A stretch of 64,000 nucleotides of DNA from Octopus bimaculoides (taxonomy: Eukaryota), in assembly GCF_001194135.2 (NCBI RefSeq), contig NC_069002.1, positions 28,544,718-28,608,717 on the forward strand. Direction: 5' to 3'. A program made the position numbers and the translations under genes. Below the pieces are notes generated by a model. That model made no database searches. It was given only the letters and a program-made list of their open reading frames with translations, and had not been told where the DNA came from. Position 1 is the stretch's first letter; the number at the start of each line of letters is the position of its first letter. Shown one piece after another: positions 53,070 through 64,000 of the stretch.

Positions 53070-54190
53070 TGCTCATCTGCTAGTGATCAAACCAAATTCT
53101 GTATGACCAGGAATCTCTGTCCATCATTAGCTTTGGTAGATCTTCAGTTTTCCTTTCGTCCGCGTCTGCCAATAGCGTCATATCGTTGATTGCCCTTCAT
53201 ACTATATCAAGACGCGGATCTCGCCAAAATATATCATCTCAAGTGAGGTTGATTATAAAGTACAGCGCTGGAATCTGGTACGGAGCTGCTGCTGCTGCTG
53301 CTACCGTGCACTGACATCTTGGACTGCATCCAGAGAAGGGACCAGATAATTACTTCAGGTAATTACATTCAGATAATTACTTGCACTCGAAGCGGATTTT
53401 ATCCGGGTTGGGTTGAGCCGGTTCCCACCGACGAGTAGTTCATGTTCGGAGTTTCAGTAGGCATACAAGTTCACATGCGGTCCCAGACCACATGCATACA
53501 CACTTTTCCATAGTGTGATTCCTAGCAGTCCACATTGCAGTCGATTGTCGACCGTCGCAGGAGATACGCTGACCAGGTCACCTCCGATTGTCGGAGTAAA
53601 CGTAGCTTGGATTTGAAGCGCGTTCTAGAGACGTACTTTAACGAAAGCTAAGGGGTCGTCAAGCACACCAGACACACATCCGGAATTTCTGAGGACCGAT
53701 GCTATTTTAAATAGTGGTTCAACCCACACTTGGCTCATCCGTCCTATTTTCATGTCAGATCACTCGTGAGGTCTCTCATGAGTGTTACTGGTAACATGGA
53801 ATCCAGTACAGCCTGTTGCATGGTCTGGTCGTCGGTGACTAAACTGCTATCTCCACTAGGCTTGCCTGGTGAGGAGGCATACTAAAAACCTAACAGAACT
53901 AAAAACAAGACTAGTCAAAGGACGGAAGGACTCAAGTCATTAGTACTCGGTAACTAATAGATACGTTCCCGTCCCTGGTTCACAAGCTGCATCCTCGCTT
54001 TGTCTTTTCTATCACTATTACTATAAAGGTTCCTGTTTTTTGGACCTGGCTGGTCTTGTATCTCCGTCCAGTTCTTTCTACCAAAACGTTGTCAAGTTGA
54101 TCAAGGTTGGTGTATACGATGCGCTCGGAAACAACCCGTGTGGTTCAGAAACCTTGATTTTGCTGCAACAAAGAGTTATTGCTTCACGAA
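53070..54190 (-). pseudogene. Decayed, apparently rearranged RTE-like LINE fragments
   Basis: Minus strand TLLADADERKTEDLPKLMMDRDSW (RTE-type C-terminus) near 53090-53180 and EELREAI...PTLINL (pre-RT region) near 54060-54190; GC richer than flanks. Confidence 0.4.
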
Positions 54191-54569
54191 GTTCTTCATG
54201 TGCTTTCCATTTTTATTGGTGTTTGTATTGAAAGTGAAGAGTGAGTCTGCACACCCTAGGAATCACCATTGTGCGTGTATCTGTGTGTGTGTTAAATTAC
54301 AAATTTTCCATCCTTCATTTTCAATGAAAATTGTCTTGCCGTCTTAGGATTGAATGCATCTTTGTTATTACAACAGAAAGGAAACATTCTGATGCAATAA
54401 CAGAAATGAATCGATTTCTACATAGGAAGATAATTTCCATCGCAAAAGCAAGAAAGAAAAAAAATTCATCTGAAATTTGAAATTTCCCATGAACTAATAA
54501 AAAAAGAACAGGAATTGAAAGTGCGAGTGTGTTTATTAACTGAGATATTAATAATCTTTTTTACAATAG

Positions 54570-54768
54570 GAGCAAGGCCTGGAATTTGGTCGGAGTGCGA
54601 TAGTCGATTACATCGACCCCGGCGCTTGACTGGTACATAATTAATCGATTCCATAAGGATGAAAGGAAGTCGATCCCGGTGGAATTAGAACCCAGATCGT
54701 AAAGACAGATGAAATGCCACTAAGCGTTTTGTTCGGCGTGCTAACTATTCTGCCAGCTCACCGCCTTG
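54570..54768 (-). mobile_element. SINE family B
   Basis: Ends TTCTGCCAGCTCACCGCCTT, the complement of the head. Confidence 0.85.
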
Positions 54769-56361
54769 ACTGGCGCATTAAAAATATCGTGTTGGAATCA
54801 GATGAAAAACATTGAATATATATATATATGTCATATTTGACACGTTTTGATGCATTCGGACGTGAGAAGATCTTCCGATGAGGAAATAGTCGAGGGAGAA
54901 AATTCTCTTTCTCTAAACGTGTGTGGAAACTCAAGTTAGGCAATGAATTATGTCTCTGGATCATTGGAAGTATGAGGTTTTGCGTTCTAACTCTTCAACC
55001 ACACACAGACATACACACACACATACACACACACATATATGTTCATCAGAAACAGTGTTAACTAAAATTGTTACAACACTAAACTTGAAGAAAGAATAAA
55101 ACGTTAAATTGTCAAGAATCCAGACAATCTGACAATCTTCTCGAAGCAATTTCGATACAGACTACACCAATTCAACTAATTTTATATTAGTGATTAGTTT
55201 ATTCTCCACTTGAAAAACCTTAATACCTTCAAAGAAAAGCTGTGACTGAATCAACGAGTTCTAATTAAAACTTAATATTGCCACGACTCTTTTCGAAAAA
55301 ACCAAAAGCTATTCGAATGATGAAAACAGAATATTTTCAGTTGATGAAATTAAAATAATAAACGAGCTGTTAAAAGCAACATCGATGTCTCCTATGTGTT
55401 ATACAATTTATCGATCGTTTAACTTTGCAATTTATGTAAGACAAAACTAATTAATATTTCTTTATCTTGGATGATCGATATAATTCCCTTCGACATTTTT
55501 AATTAACTGTGAAGATGATTGAATAGTAACCTGCATTAGCCATGATCAATGCATCTAATTGAGAATAAGGAAAAAATTTTCTTGAAAATGTTTACGACAA
55601 AAGTAGATTTAAATAAGAACTTGTGATTAAATGCCTGTTAATGCAGTTCCAATATTTTAACAAAAATGCAAATTCCTGATTTATTTCAAGTCAAGAACAA
55701 AATTGTTTGAAGTGAGCTGCCCTACTTTGCTATGAATTTAATAATTTTGTAATTTGGATTCTTGTCAAATACAATGTTTCCTAAGATAATATATTGAAGA
55801 TGATATATTAAGAAAACTTGCCGTTTCCAATGGTGATATCGCATTATAATTCTTCACTTAACAAAATAATTTATATCTTTAGAGTCAGAAAAAAGATGGC
55901 GGAAGATCTTTGGATCTTTGTAGTTTTTATAATGTAACATCTTAATTTGAAACTAGTGATATTAAAGAGTAATCTCGGCCTCGATGCTGAAGCCTGGTGA
56001 AGATTACAGACCTGGACAAACATTTAAATTATCTTAGATTTAACATTTGGCATCTCAAATCTTCACTGCAATATTAAATAACATATCAGTTATTTCATTA
56101 TAATTCTTACAATAAAAATCGCCAGAGATTTTATGTAGAAGACAATATGTCATTATTAAGAATAACTAATGCACTGAGGTGGCCGCGTCGTTATATAGGC
56201 GGAAAAAAAAAACAAAGGCCTTACACTACGAGTTCAAATTCCAGCGAGATCAACTTTTCCCTTTTATTCCTCCGAGGTCAATAAAATAAGGTACCAGTCA
56301 CGTGTAGGGATCAATTTGATCGACTAGCCCCTCTCCCCAAACTACTAGCCTTCTAGTACTA

Positions 56362-56780
56362 GCCATGTTTTGCGCGAGGATTTGTGTGGGAACAGTGTAT
56401 TGGCTAGAAGTCTTAATCCCCGGTCGTTGGTTTCTCCGATCCCGAATCGTCCCACTGTCTCAGCCCATTGGTCATATGCATCCGGGCCTGCTTTGGCTTT
56501 CCAGTCTCTTTAGACAACGAGGACATCTCTTTAAGGAGCTGCCTTGCCGATTCACTCCAGGTCGTCATAGAATTCCACAACATATGGTGATGAGTCTACT
56601 GGATACTGGTTTACAAACGATGAGTGAATCTACTCTGGTTTTGTTAACGTTGAAGCCCTCTCCATGTCCATGATTGGTGTTATCTCCACTGTTCCACAGT
56701 TCACAGCCTTCATCTATTGTTTCGTCGCCAAATCCAGTCCACCTGATAGCCAACCCTAAGATATCGCGAGAGTACCTTCG
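56362..56780 (-). mobile_element. RTE LINE APE endonuclease fragment, inverted
   Basis: RDILGLAIRWTGFGD..ELWNSG...HGHGEGF...CKPVSSRLITI and DWKAKAGPDAY...GRFGIGETNDRGLRLL..NTLFPHKSSRKTW. Confidence 0.85.
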
Positions 56781-57888
56781 TCCTTCCATCACTTCATCGA
56801 CATCAAAAAGGCCTTCGACCGTGTATGGCATGATAGGTTGTAACGGGTGATGGGGATTTACAACTTCGTCAACAACCCTATCGAAGTACTCCAAACATTG
56901 TATGAAAACTCAAACAGTGCAGTTCTCCTGAACAGGATCGGAGCATTCTTCAAGACAACAGTGGATGTTCCTCAGATATGTCTCCTCTCTCTAGTGCTTT
57001 TTAACATCTTCGTGCAGAATATTATACAAGAGGCACTTCAAGACCTCCACCCCTTTGTTTCCATTGGAGGATGGCCCATTTCCAGCCTGCGTTTTTTGCC
57101 GATCATGTTGAATTGGTGGGAAGTAGTGAAGCAGAACTACAAGAGCTTGCCACTAGACTGGGTAAAGTAACAAGAGCATACAGGATAGAGATCAGCCCAG
57201 AAAAGAGCAAGATCCTGGTTAATAATAACCAAACCATCAACATCATGCTAAACGGACAAAGATTTGGTGGACACCTTCAGGTACCTCGGGTCCACTTTGA
57301 CCAAGAGCGGCAAATCTCAAAGGGAGATAAGACTCAGCTTAAGCCTCTGCTGCCATAACGAAGCAGAACAGCATAAGGAAAAAGAACTCCATTCGGCTTC
57401 CAACAAGACTCAGAGTGTACAAGTCCCGAGTGATTTCCATCCTTTTGTATAGTTGCGAGAGCTGGACTCTTACAGCTGACATACATTGAAGAGTCCAGAC
57501 ATTTGAGCGTAAATGGTTCAGAAGGCTGTTACACATCCTGTACACTGAGCACAAAATTAACAGCTTTGTCAGGCAGACAGGAATACGCTGGCAGACAGGA
57601 ACCATTTCTTGCGCTGGTAAAAAGACAAAAGCCTGCCTGGTACGGTTATGTATCTCGCCACGACTCCCTGTCAAAAATCGATTTTTCAGAGCACATTTGA
57701 AGGAGAGCAAAAGAGGGGGCAGACAGAGAAAAACCTGGTTTGACAACAAGGACTGGATAGGTTACAACATAGCGAACCTGCTAAGCATGATACAGAACAG
57801 GGACCAGAGGCGACAGTTGTCTATTAAAGCGCTTAGAGTGGACCTCAATGACTGGCTGCATCATTTAAGGGATCTTGATGATGATGAT
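56781..57888 (+). mobile_element. RTE LINE reverse transcriptase to 3' end (frameshifted)
   Basis: FIDIKKAFDRVWH, LLSLVLFNIF, LRF/FAD.V, EISPEKSKILVN, GRQRKTWFDN; terminal (GAT)n tail at 57877-57888. Confidence 0.9.
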
Positions 57889-58133
57889 GTGAGTTATAAA
57901 AGACGCTATCTGATGTCAGTGGTTGGTTAGCCGAATTTATAGATGCTCAGAGTTCGATTCTCTATAGCAGCCTGTTGGCCACTTTGTCTTCTAATGGTAT
58001 ATAGCCGATCTTCTAAGCTATTTTTACCGTTATTCTGCATTCGAGAATTTCTTTATTTTCTGTAAAATACCAACTCACTCGGCGCTTCAAAGTTTGTTTA
58101 TAAAAAGGTATTCAAACTGTCAAAACAAGCACT

Positions 58134-58385
58134 TTGTGTGTCAATGAAGTTGTTGCTGTTAATGAACATTTTCAACACCGATTACAAGCTATGATGAATA
58201 AAATGGTTTTGGCAGAAAGCAATCCAATTTTTGGCAACAGTACAATTATTTTTTGGAGAATAGATTATCAACAAAGAGAGGCTCCACGTGTTCATATGAA
58301 AATTTGGGTGGATCAAACACCTATTTATGACAAAGATTCTCCAGAAAAAATTCCAAAAATTATAGAACAATATATTACTTGTAGA
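58134..58385 (+). mobile_element. Helitron/Helentron Rep (HUH) domain fragment
   Basis: FWRIDYQQREAPRVHMKIW matches Rep motif 2 (xRxEFQxRGxPHxHxLxW) with the first His lost. Confidence 0.75.
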
Positions 58386-58980
58386 TCGCTATGTTCACTG
58401 TCTAGCCTCACTCTTTAGAATTTGGTCAGTCGTTTTCAAAACTTTGAGAATTTATGGAAAAGGAAAACAATAGCGTAAAAAATATCTATTTGGCTTCCCT
58501 AAGGCTGAGGGAAGATTCAATTTCTTCACTGTTGCTGAAAGTGCCAAAATAAGAAGAAATAGTGAAGGTTTTAAGAGGTTTCATTAGCCTCAAGGAAGAC
58601 CGTTTGAAAAATGGTTACAGTCCTTTACTGACAGGCAAATGTTGACTGTTAGCCTATTGGAGAAAACAATACGATACTGATCAGATGTGTGACTAGTAGC
58701 CAAACAAAAACTGAAAAATGAAGCTCAAGTGTTTGGGAAAATTTGGATCAAAATAAATTTCTGAAATTGTTCCAATAATGTGTGCACATTTTCTTTTTTT
58801 AGCTTTTGTATTTATAGCAATTTTTTCAAAAAATGAAGTTAATAGATTTGATTAAAACATTTCTTTGTATTAAGCTAAACCATTTCTGTCCTCATTTTCT
58901 TTTGCAAAATAGAATGAAGAATATAAAGGTAAATATAATTAATTATAATATAAGCGTTGTCTGGTAAAAAAAAAAAGTGG

Positions 58981-59915
58981 ACTAGAATGAAAAATGCGGA
59001 CGCAGAGTGTTAGAATATTCTTAAGTATTAAACCTGGGGAAATACAGGCAAACAGTGACGAAGCCGGAAAAAGAACAGAAGAAAAACAATACTTAAAATA
59101 TTGCTACTTGGCTTAAAATTTTAAAACTAAAATAGTTTAAATTAAAATACTCAAGAAGCTATTTTCAATTTTCGTGAAAAGACTAATTGCCACCAAGTTT
59201 GCACATTAAAAATTTAATATTACAAATTTAGTGCTTTCTATATTTCAAAAATCACATAATAGCAATTTAAGCAAAATTGATCGTGTTTTATAACCCCTAA
59301 GTCTTTTTTTCAAAAAAAAAAAAATGCTAAAGAATCATTTCTATAATTTGCACTCAATTTGTTCATTAGCTTCCATCTTTTTAAATATTCGTCTGATTGC
59401 AAATAGAAAAGACTTTGTTATCTGATAATGCAAACTTTAAGAAAATTAGTTCTTTTGTTTCTTTAACATGGTTTTTTTACTATTTGTTTTTACTCTTATT
59501 TTTTAAATACATATATTCTACATGAGGTTAATTTTAATACAATATCTGCGATTTAAAATTTTTGAATAATGAGATTTTTAAAGAAAATATAATTAAAAAC
59601 ATAATAATGTGATACTAAACACAGGACAGAAGTGATTTAGCTTAATGCAAAGAAATTCTTAAACCAAAAATATTAACTCAAAGTTTTAAAACTTCTAATA
59701 AAAAACAAAATAAAAATATAAAAATATAGAAAATAAAATATTCACACTATTTTATGAACAATTTCAGAAATTTATTTAGCAAATTCTCACTTTAGTAGCA
59801 ATACTTCAAGTCTCTTTCTTCTTGTCCTGTACTTTTCCAGGCTTAACCACTGTTTGCCTGTACTTCAATACTTCAGAATATTCTAGCACTCTGCGCCCGC
59901 ATTTTTCATTCTAGT
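58981..59915. mobile_element. Non-autonomous TIR element (about 0.93 kb) with about 120-130-bp imperfect TIRs
   Basis: ACTAGAATGAAAAATGCGGACGCAGAGTGTTAGAATATTCT versus AGAATATTCTAGCACTCTGCGCCCGCATTTTTCATTCTAGT; AT-rich interior without ORF. Confidence 0.85.
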
Positions 59916-62900
59916 ATAAGAATGAAATAACCAAAGCCGTGAAAACTATTTTGTTTAGTTTCATTTACTCGTTTATTCACCAGGATGCATGTATCTCCAG
60001 CTGGAGGAAATCTTTCTTTCTTGACTCCATTCCGTACCATTTTATTTAGTGGTTTGCCTTTTCTCGAGGATTTGCCTTCCTCACCCTGCTAAGCCCGCGG
60101 GTTGTTGATGATGTTTCCTTAGGTACCTTGGTAAGATTTGAACTTAGAACGTAGAAAACTGAAAACAAATACCTCAAGTCATCCGGTTCAAGATTCCTTT
60201 ACCGTGTCTTCCAGCATACAAGTGGACGTAGTATGTAGTGTAAAGATTCAAACATCACTGCTGTCTTTCCCAATCATGCTGCATTTAACATGGCGGTTTG
60301 ATCCTCCAAAGAAGTCTTCGTGTATGGGTCGACCTATCTTATTTGGCTGTAAATTCTTTCCCGAACTCGTACGCCGCAGAAAAACGATTGTTTTGCTAAT
60401 CCATCACCCTAGATGCTACCTTTATTTTTTTATCGATTTCGAAAGAACAAAAAGGTGAAGTTGATCTTGGTGGGATTTGATCTCAGAACGAATACCGTGA
60501 GGCATTTTGTCGCACAATGTTTCAGTATTGCCATTCCACTTCCTCATATTCATGCTTTTTACTTAATCTTGAAAGGATGAAAGACAAAGTTTCCCATGTC
60601 AGGAATTGGATTCAGAACGTAGAGAGTCAGAACAGACATCGCGAGGCTTTCTATCCGATGCTCTAACAGCTCTGCCAGTTTACCTCATAAAACAGTAAAT
60701 AACTACCAAAAAAAAAAAAAAAAACTTAGGGAGTATTTAGTCACGTGATTCTTCACTAAAATTCGTAGTAATCAGTAAAATAGAAAATGTTTGATTCATA
60801 TGACGATTTAAGAATCGAAACAAAAGCAGCTTCCATTTCAATGTGTTACGAATGTAACTCAATTCCCAAACCTTAATTCGAGTAATTCATTAAGAAATCA
60901 TTTAATGTTTTGTTACATTTCAATTAATTTTGTATACAATGTGTCATTTTTCAATTTAATCAGCTTCTAACACCTGAAGGTAATGTCGAAGGAAATTGTG
61001 TTAGAGATCGGAAACGAAATGTAACTGGTACATTGTCGCCAATTGTTGTATTATTAAATCAAATATGATCATATATGGAAACGGAAATAACAAAAGCATT
61101 GGAGATTTTTCTCCGTATTAAAATTGAGAAAATTACTTTTATGACAGACAGCTAATCTTATAGCAGAAATTCTCTAAAGATATCAACGAGTGAAAAATAT
61201 GAATATATTTATTAGAGTGTCTTTGTAGTACTAACATTTCATACGGAAGAGACGGAGAAAGCGATAAAATAGCTTGTAATGTTTTAAAGTTGTTTTTCTC
61301 TATAAATATTTTTACTGTTTATGCTTTGCAAGACGAAGAATAAAGTAACATGTCTTTATCATAGCTTGAAACAATGGCATCTGACAATGGCTGATCTGGC
61401 TATGTGGTTCGGCAAAAGTAACCGATAGAATACGTATCGAGACTTGAAAACAAAATCGTTCAACTGAATCCTTCAAAGCGGCACTCCAGCATGGCCTCCA
61501 CCCCACGACCGAAACAAACGAAAGACATAAGGCAACAATTCTCGAGTCTTTAGAACCTAATGTAAGCCGAAGAGAATCTAGCAACAGTCCTGACGAGCAT
61601 CAGCCAAGCGATATCGATGCATCTTGGCTGTGGAAATTCTCAATGGTTAAACAACAGACTACAGTTGAAAAAGGAACCATTGCTAGATAATTCATATCTT
61701 AAGGCTTTAAGACTTGTGGATCTTTAACAATATATATAATTTGCATCGGTAAAATACACACACGCACGTATACATACAAGCACATATACATACCTTTTAC
61801 ATACACGCACAGGTAAAATAGCACAAATGAAACAAAGGGAACAAGAGGACAACGTAAGAAGTTATAACAGAGAGAGAAATATTCAAAATGTGGTGGACGA
61901 AATGTTAACAGAAACAATTTACACAAATTTGTATCCCGAAAAAAAAAAGGAAGAAGTGGACTGATGTTTCGAGTGAACTAATTATCAAAGAATAGTGAGA
62001 AAGAAATAAGCAGGAGAAAAAAATAACTAAACAATGGTAACTGTTTAAAGCATGTGCGTACCTTTTCGCTACAAGTAGTGAACAGTCCAGCCCTTGTGCT
62101 TGGCTTAGCTTGTTCAGCTCATTTATGACAAATTGAATATTGGGAAAGAGGTGTATTAATGAGACACGTACTAAGTATTTTGTGGGTTTTTGTGAAATGT
62201 CAACCGGCCAGGTGACTGATTGCTTGCGTCAGCCGACTTGACTAAAATTTATATTCTGCTGATGACTTTCACTACACCGGTGTACGAAGAAAAGCATTCA
62301 GATTCGATATTCAGTACTCTGGTAGTTACTCTGCAATTCTTATAGTGCATCTGCAGTGTTCACCAATGGGGTTTCCATGGAGATATCGACCGAAAAGAAG
62401 TTAACGAGAAATTGTTTCTGGTGACGGCAAATGGAAAGTAAATCAGTCTTGCTCAGCGTGACTACTGGCTGATTTAGGATTGGAATGTCAGTCTAGTGTA
62501 TTCTCTGATTTGCTGCCCTATTATACAAGATGGCTCTGTCCTCGATGTTTTATGTTATTGAAATACATTAGCAGCTGCTATTTCAGCAATTTCCCTAACA
62601 CTGCTGCAGCTAAAGCCATTATCAGTAACCCCATCTATGTTTGCAATGCAAATAGCTATACGACCTGCTTCGATCAATGAGAAATGCATCAACCGTTATC
62701 CTGTCAAACATTTCTTCTTCCCAGTTAAGTCCACCCACATTTGATTGAATAAGAGCACATGTTATGATACTCCGAGTTCTAAACGGATTCCTAATAAATA
62801 TTAACACCACGTATTGAGTACTGTTTATTCCCATTAAAAAATAATTTATATGGACGTGTTTTAGTTTAGTGCGGTGGTATGATGAATTACATCTCTTTAT

Positions 62901-63489
62901 GCAAAAATGTCATTAGATAGTGTTCGATAAAATAAATACCAAACTGAAATGAATACAGGCTTCGTTTTGAATGACTAAAACCTTGAAGGCGGCGCCTCAA
63001 CATGACGTCAGTCTTATGATTAAAGTCAGTCAAAGAAGTAAAGATATACCTTACAGATACTCGGAAACTGCACGGAATCTCATCGTATGTTTGCATATGC
63101 GCGGGTGCTTACGTGCGTATGTGTGTGTGTGTCTGTCTACCGTTTTTGTGTTTATTTCCTGGAATTTAGCCGTTCGACATTTTTAACCGATAAAATACGT
63201 ACCGGATTTAAAAGAAACGAGTACTGTGGATCGATATGCATTAAATCCTTAAATGCGATGCCCCAGCATGACCACAGTATAATGTCTAAAGTAAATGAGT
63301 AAAATAATAATCTTATTAACAATCGTTTCCTTAATCAGATCAGCTATTCAAATTTAAAATCTATACCGCGTATTCTAATTAATGACAAATCTAACAGAAC
63401 TAAAGATATTTTGAAAGAAACCTATGCAATATATTATAAAATTTCCCTAACAGCACCTTTCTCTAATACAAAGAGACAAAGGATCTTTA

Positions 63490-64000
63490 TTAAAACGGGG
63501 GCCACATTTTTCATTAACGAAACACTTTGAAACTTGGAACACTGGTAGAATGTGTCATATAAAACATCTTTTTCTCTTAGTCTTCTTTAAAAAAAAAAGA
63601 AATCCCTAAGTTATTCCATGTTAAAGTTGTCGTATTTCTGTAATTTCAACCAATCACTGACGTCCATTCAGCCGATATACATTAAGTGCCGACTACATAA
63701 ACAAACGATTCTGAAACAATTCTATCGGTGATAGGGTTAGGGTTAGGGTAAAACAGCAAATTTAAAAAGAAAAAAGCAAAACGAAGCTATGGAAATTAAA
63801 TACGCTTTACACCGCTTAATCAGCCAAAGGAGTAAATGTAAACAACTGAATACTTGTCAGTGATTGGTTGAAATTATCGAAATAAGACAATTTTTTACAT
63901 GAAATAAATTCGAATACAAAAATATTTTTCTGTTCTATAACACAAAATAGATAAGTATACGAAGTTTGAAAGTCTTTCAGTACCAAAAACACTACATAAA
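63490..64000. repeat. Probable non-autonomous element with internal 21-bp inverted repeat and (TTAGGG)-like core
   Basis: TAATTTCAACCAATCACTGAC (63641-63661) and GTCAGTGATTGGTTGAAATTA (63856-63876) flank TAGGGTTAGGGTTAGGGT; boundaries approximate and cut by the window end. Confidence 0.55.

Noticed and set aside
53835-53895. HDV-like ribozyme candidate (GCC-TCCTCACCA-GGC) in the RTE-like relic, minus strand
   Set aside because: P1 and P3 can be drawn, but no P2 partner or convincing J4/2 is present
62259-62300. CTGATGA...TACACCGGTGTA...GAAA
   Set aside because: Stem II closing pairs and stem III are poor; compatible with chance
62400-62834. Unique, moderately GC-rich stretch with short ORFs on both strands
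   Set aside because: No consistent frame, splice pair or recognisable domain

Overview
AT-rich eukaryotic (animal) genomic DNA from a gapped short-read scaffold, with about ten N-gaps, most flanked by microsatellites. The SINE families look like those of octopus/cephalopods; this is recognition from memory, not a database check. No complete protein-coding gene is visible and nearly all ORF-track entries are microsatellite, N-gap or chance ORFs. The window reads as intronic/intergenic DNA packed with repeats: at least four tRNA-headed SINE families (my own labels A, B, C, F); two DD37D (maT-type) Tc1/mariner relics; a mariner fragment; a hAT MITE and two hAT transposase relics; an RTE LINE whose endonuclease part is inverted relative to its RT part; a Helitron-type Rep fragment; and TIR-bounded non-autonomous elements. 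A few GT-AG-bounded candidate exons suggest an unidentified + strand host gene. The most notable signal is a set of minimal type I hammerhead-ribozyme (HHR) motifs in two repeated non-autonomous families. Family D has a tRNA-like Pol III head fused to an HHR, and one copy lies next to a possible Penelope GIY-YIG relic. Family E sits in (TA)n and carries a shared core variant (CUGUUGA) in both copies. Several degenerate HHR-like relics are also present. Ribozyme activity and exon usage are predictions only.
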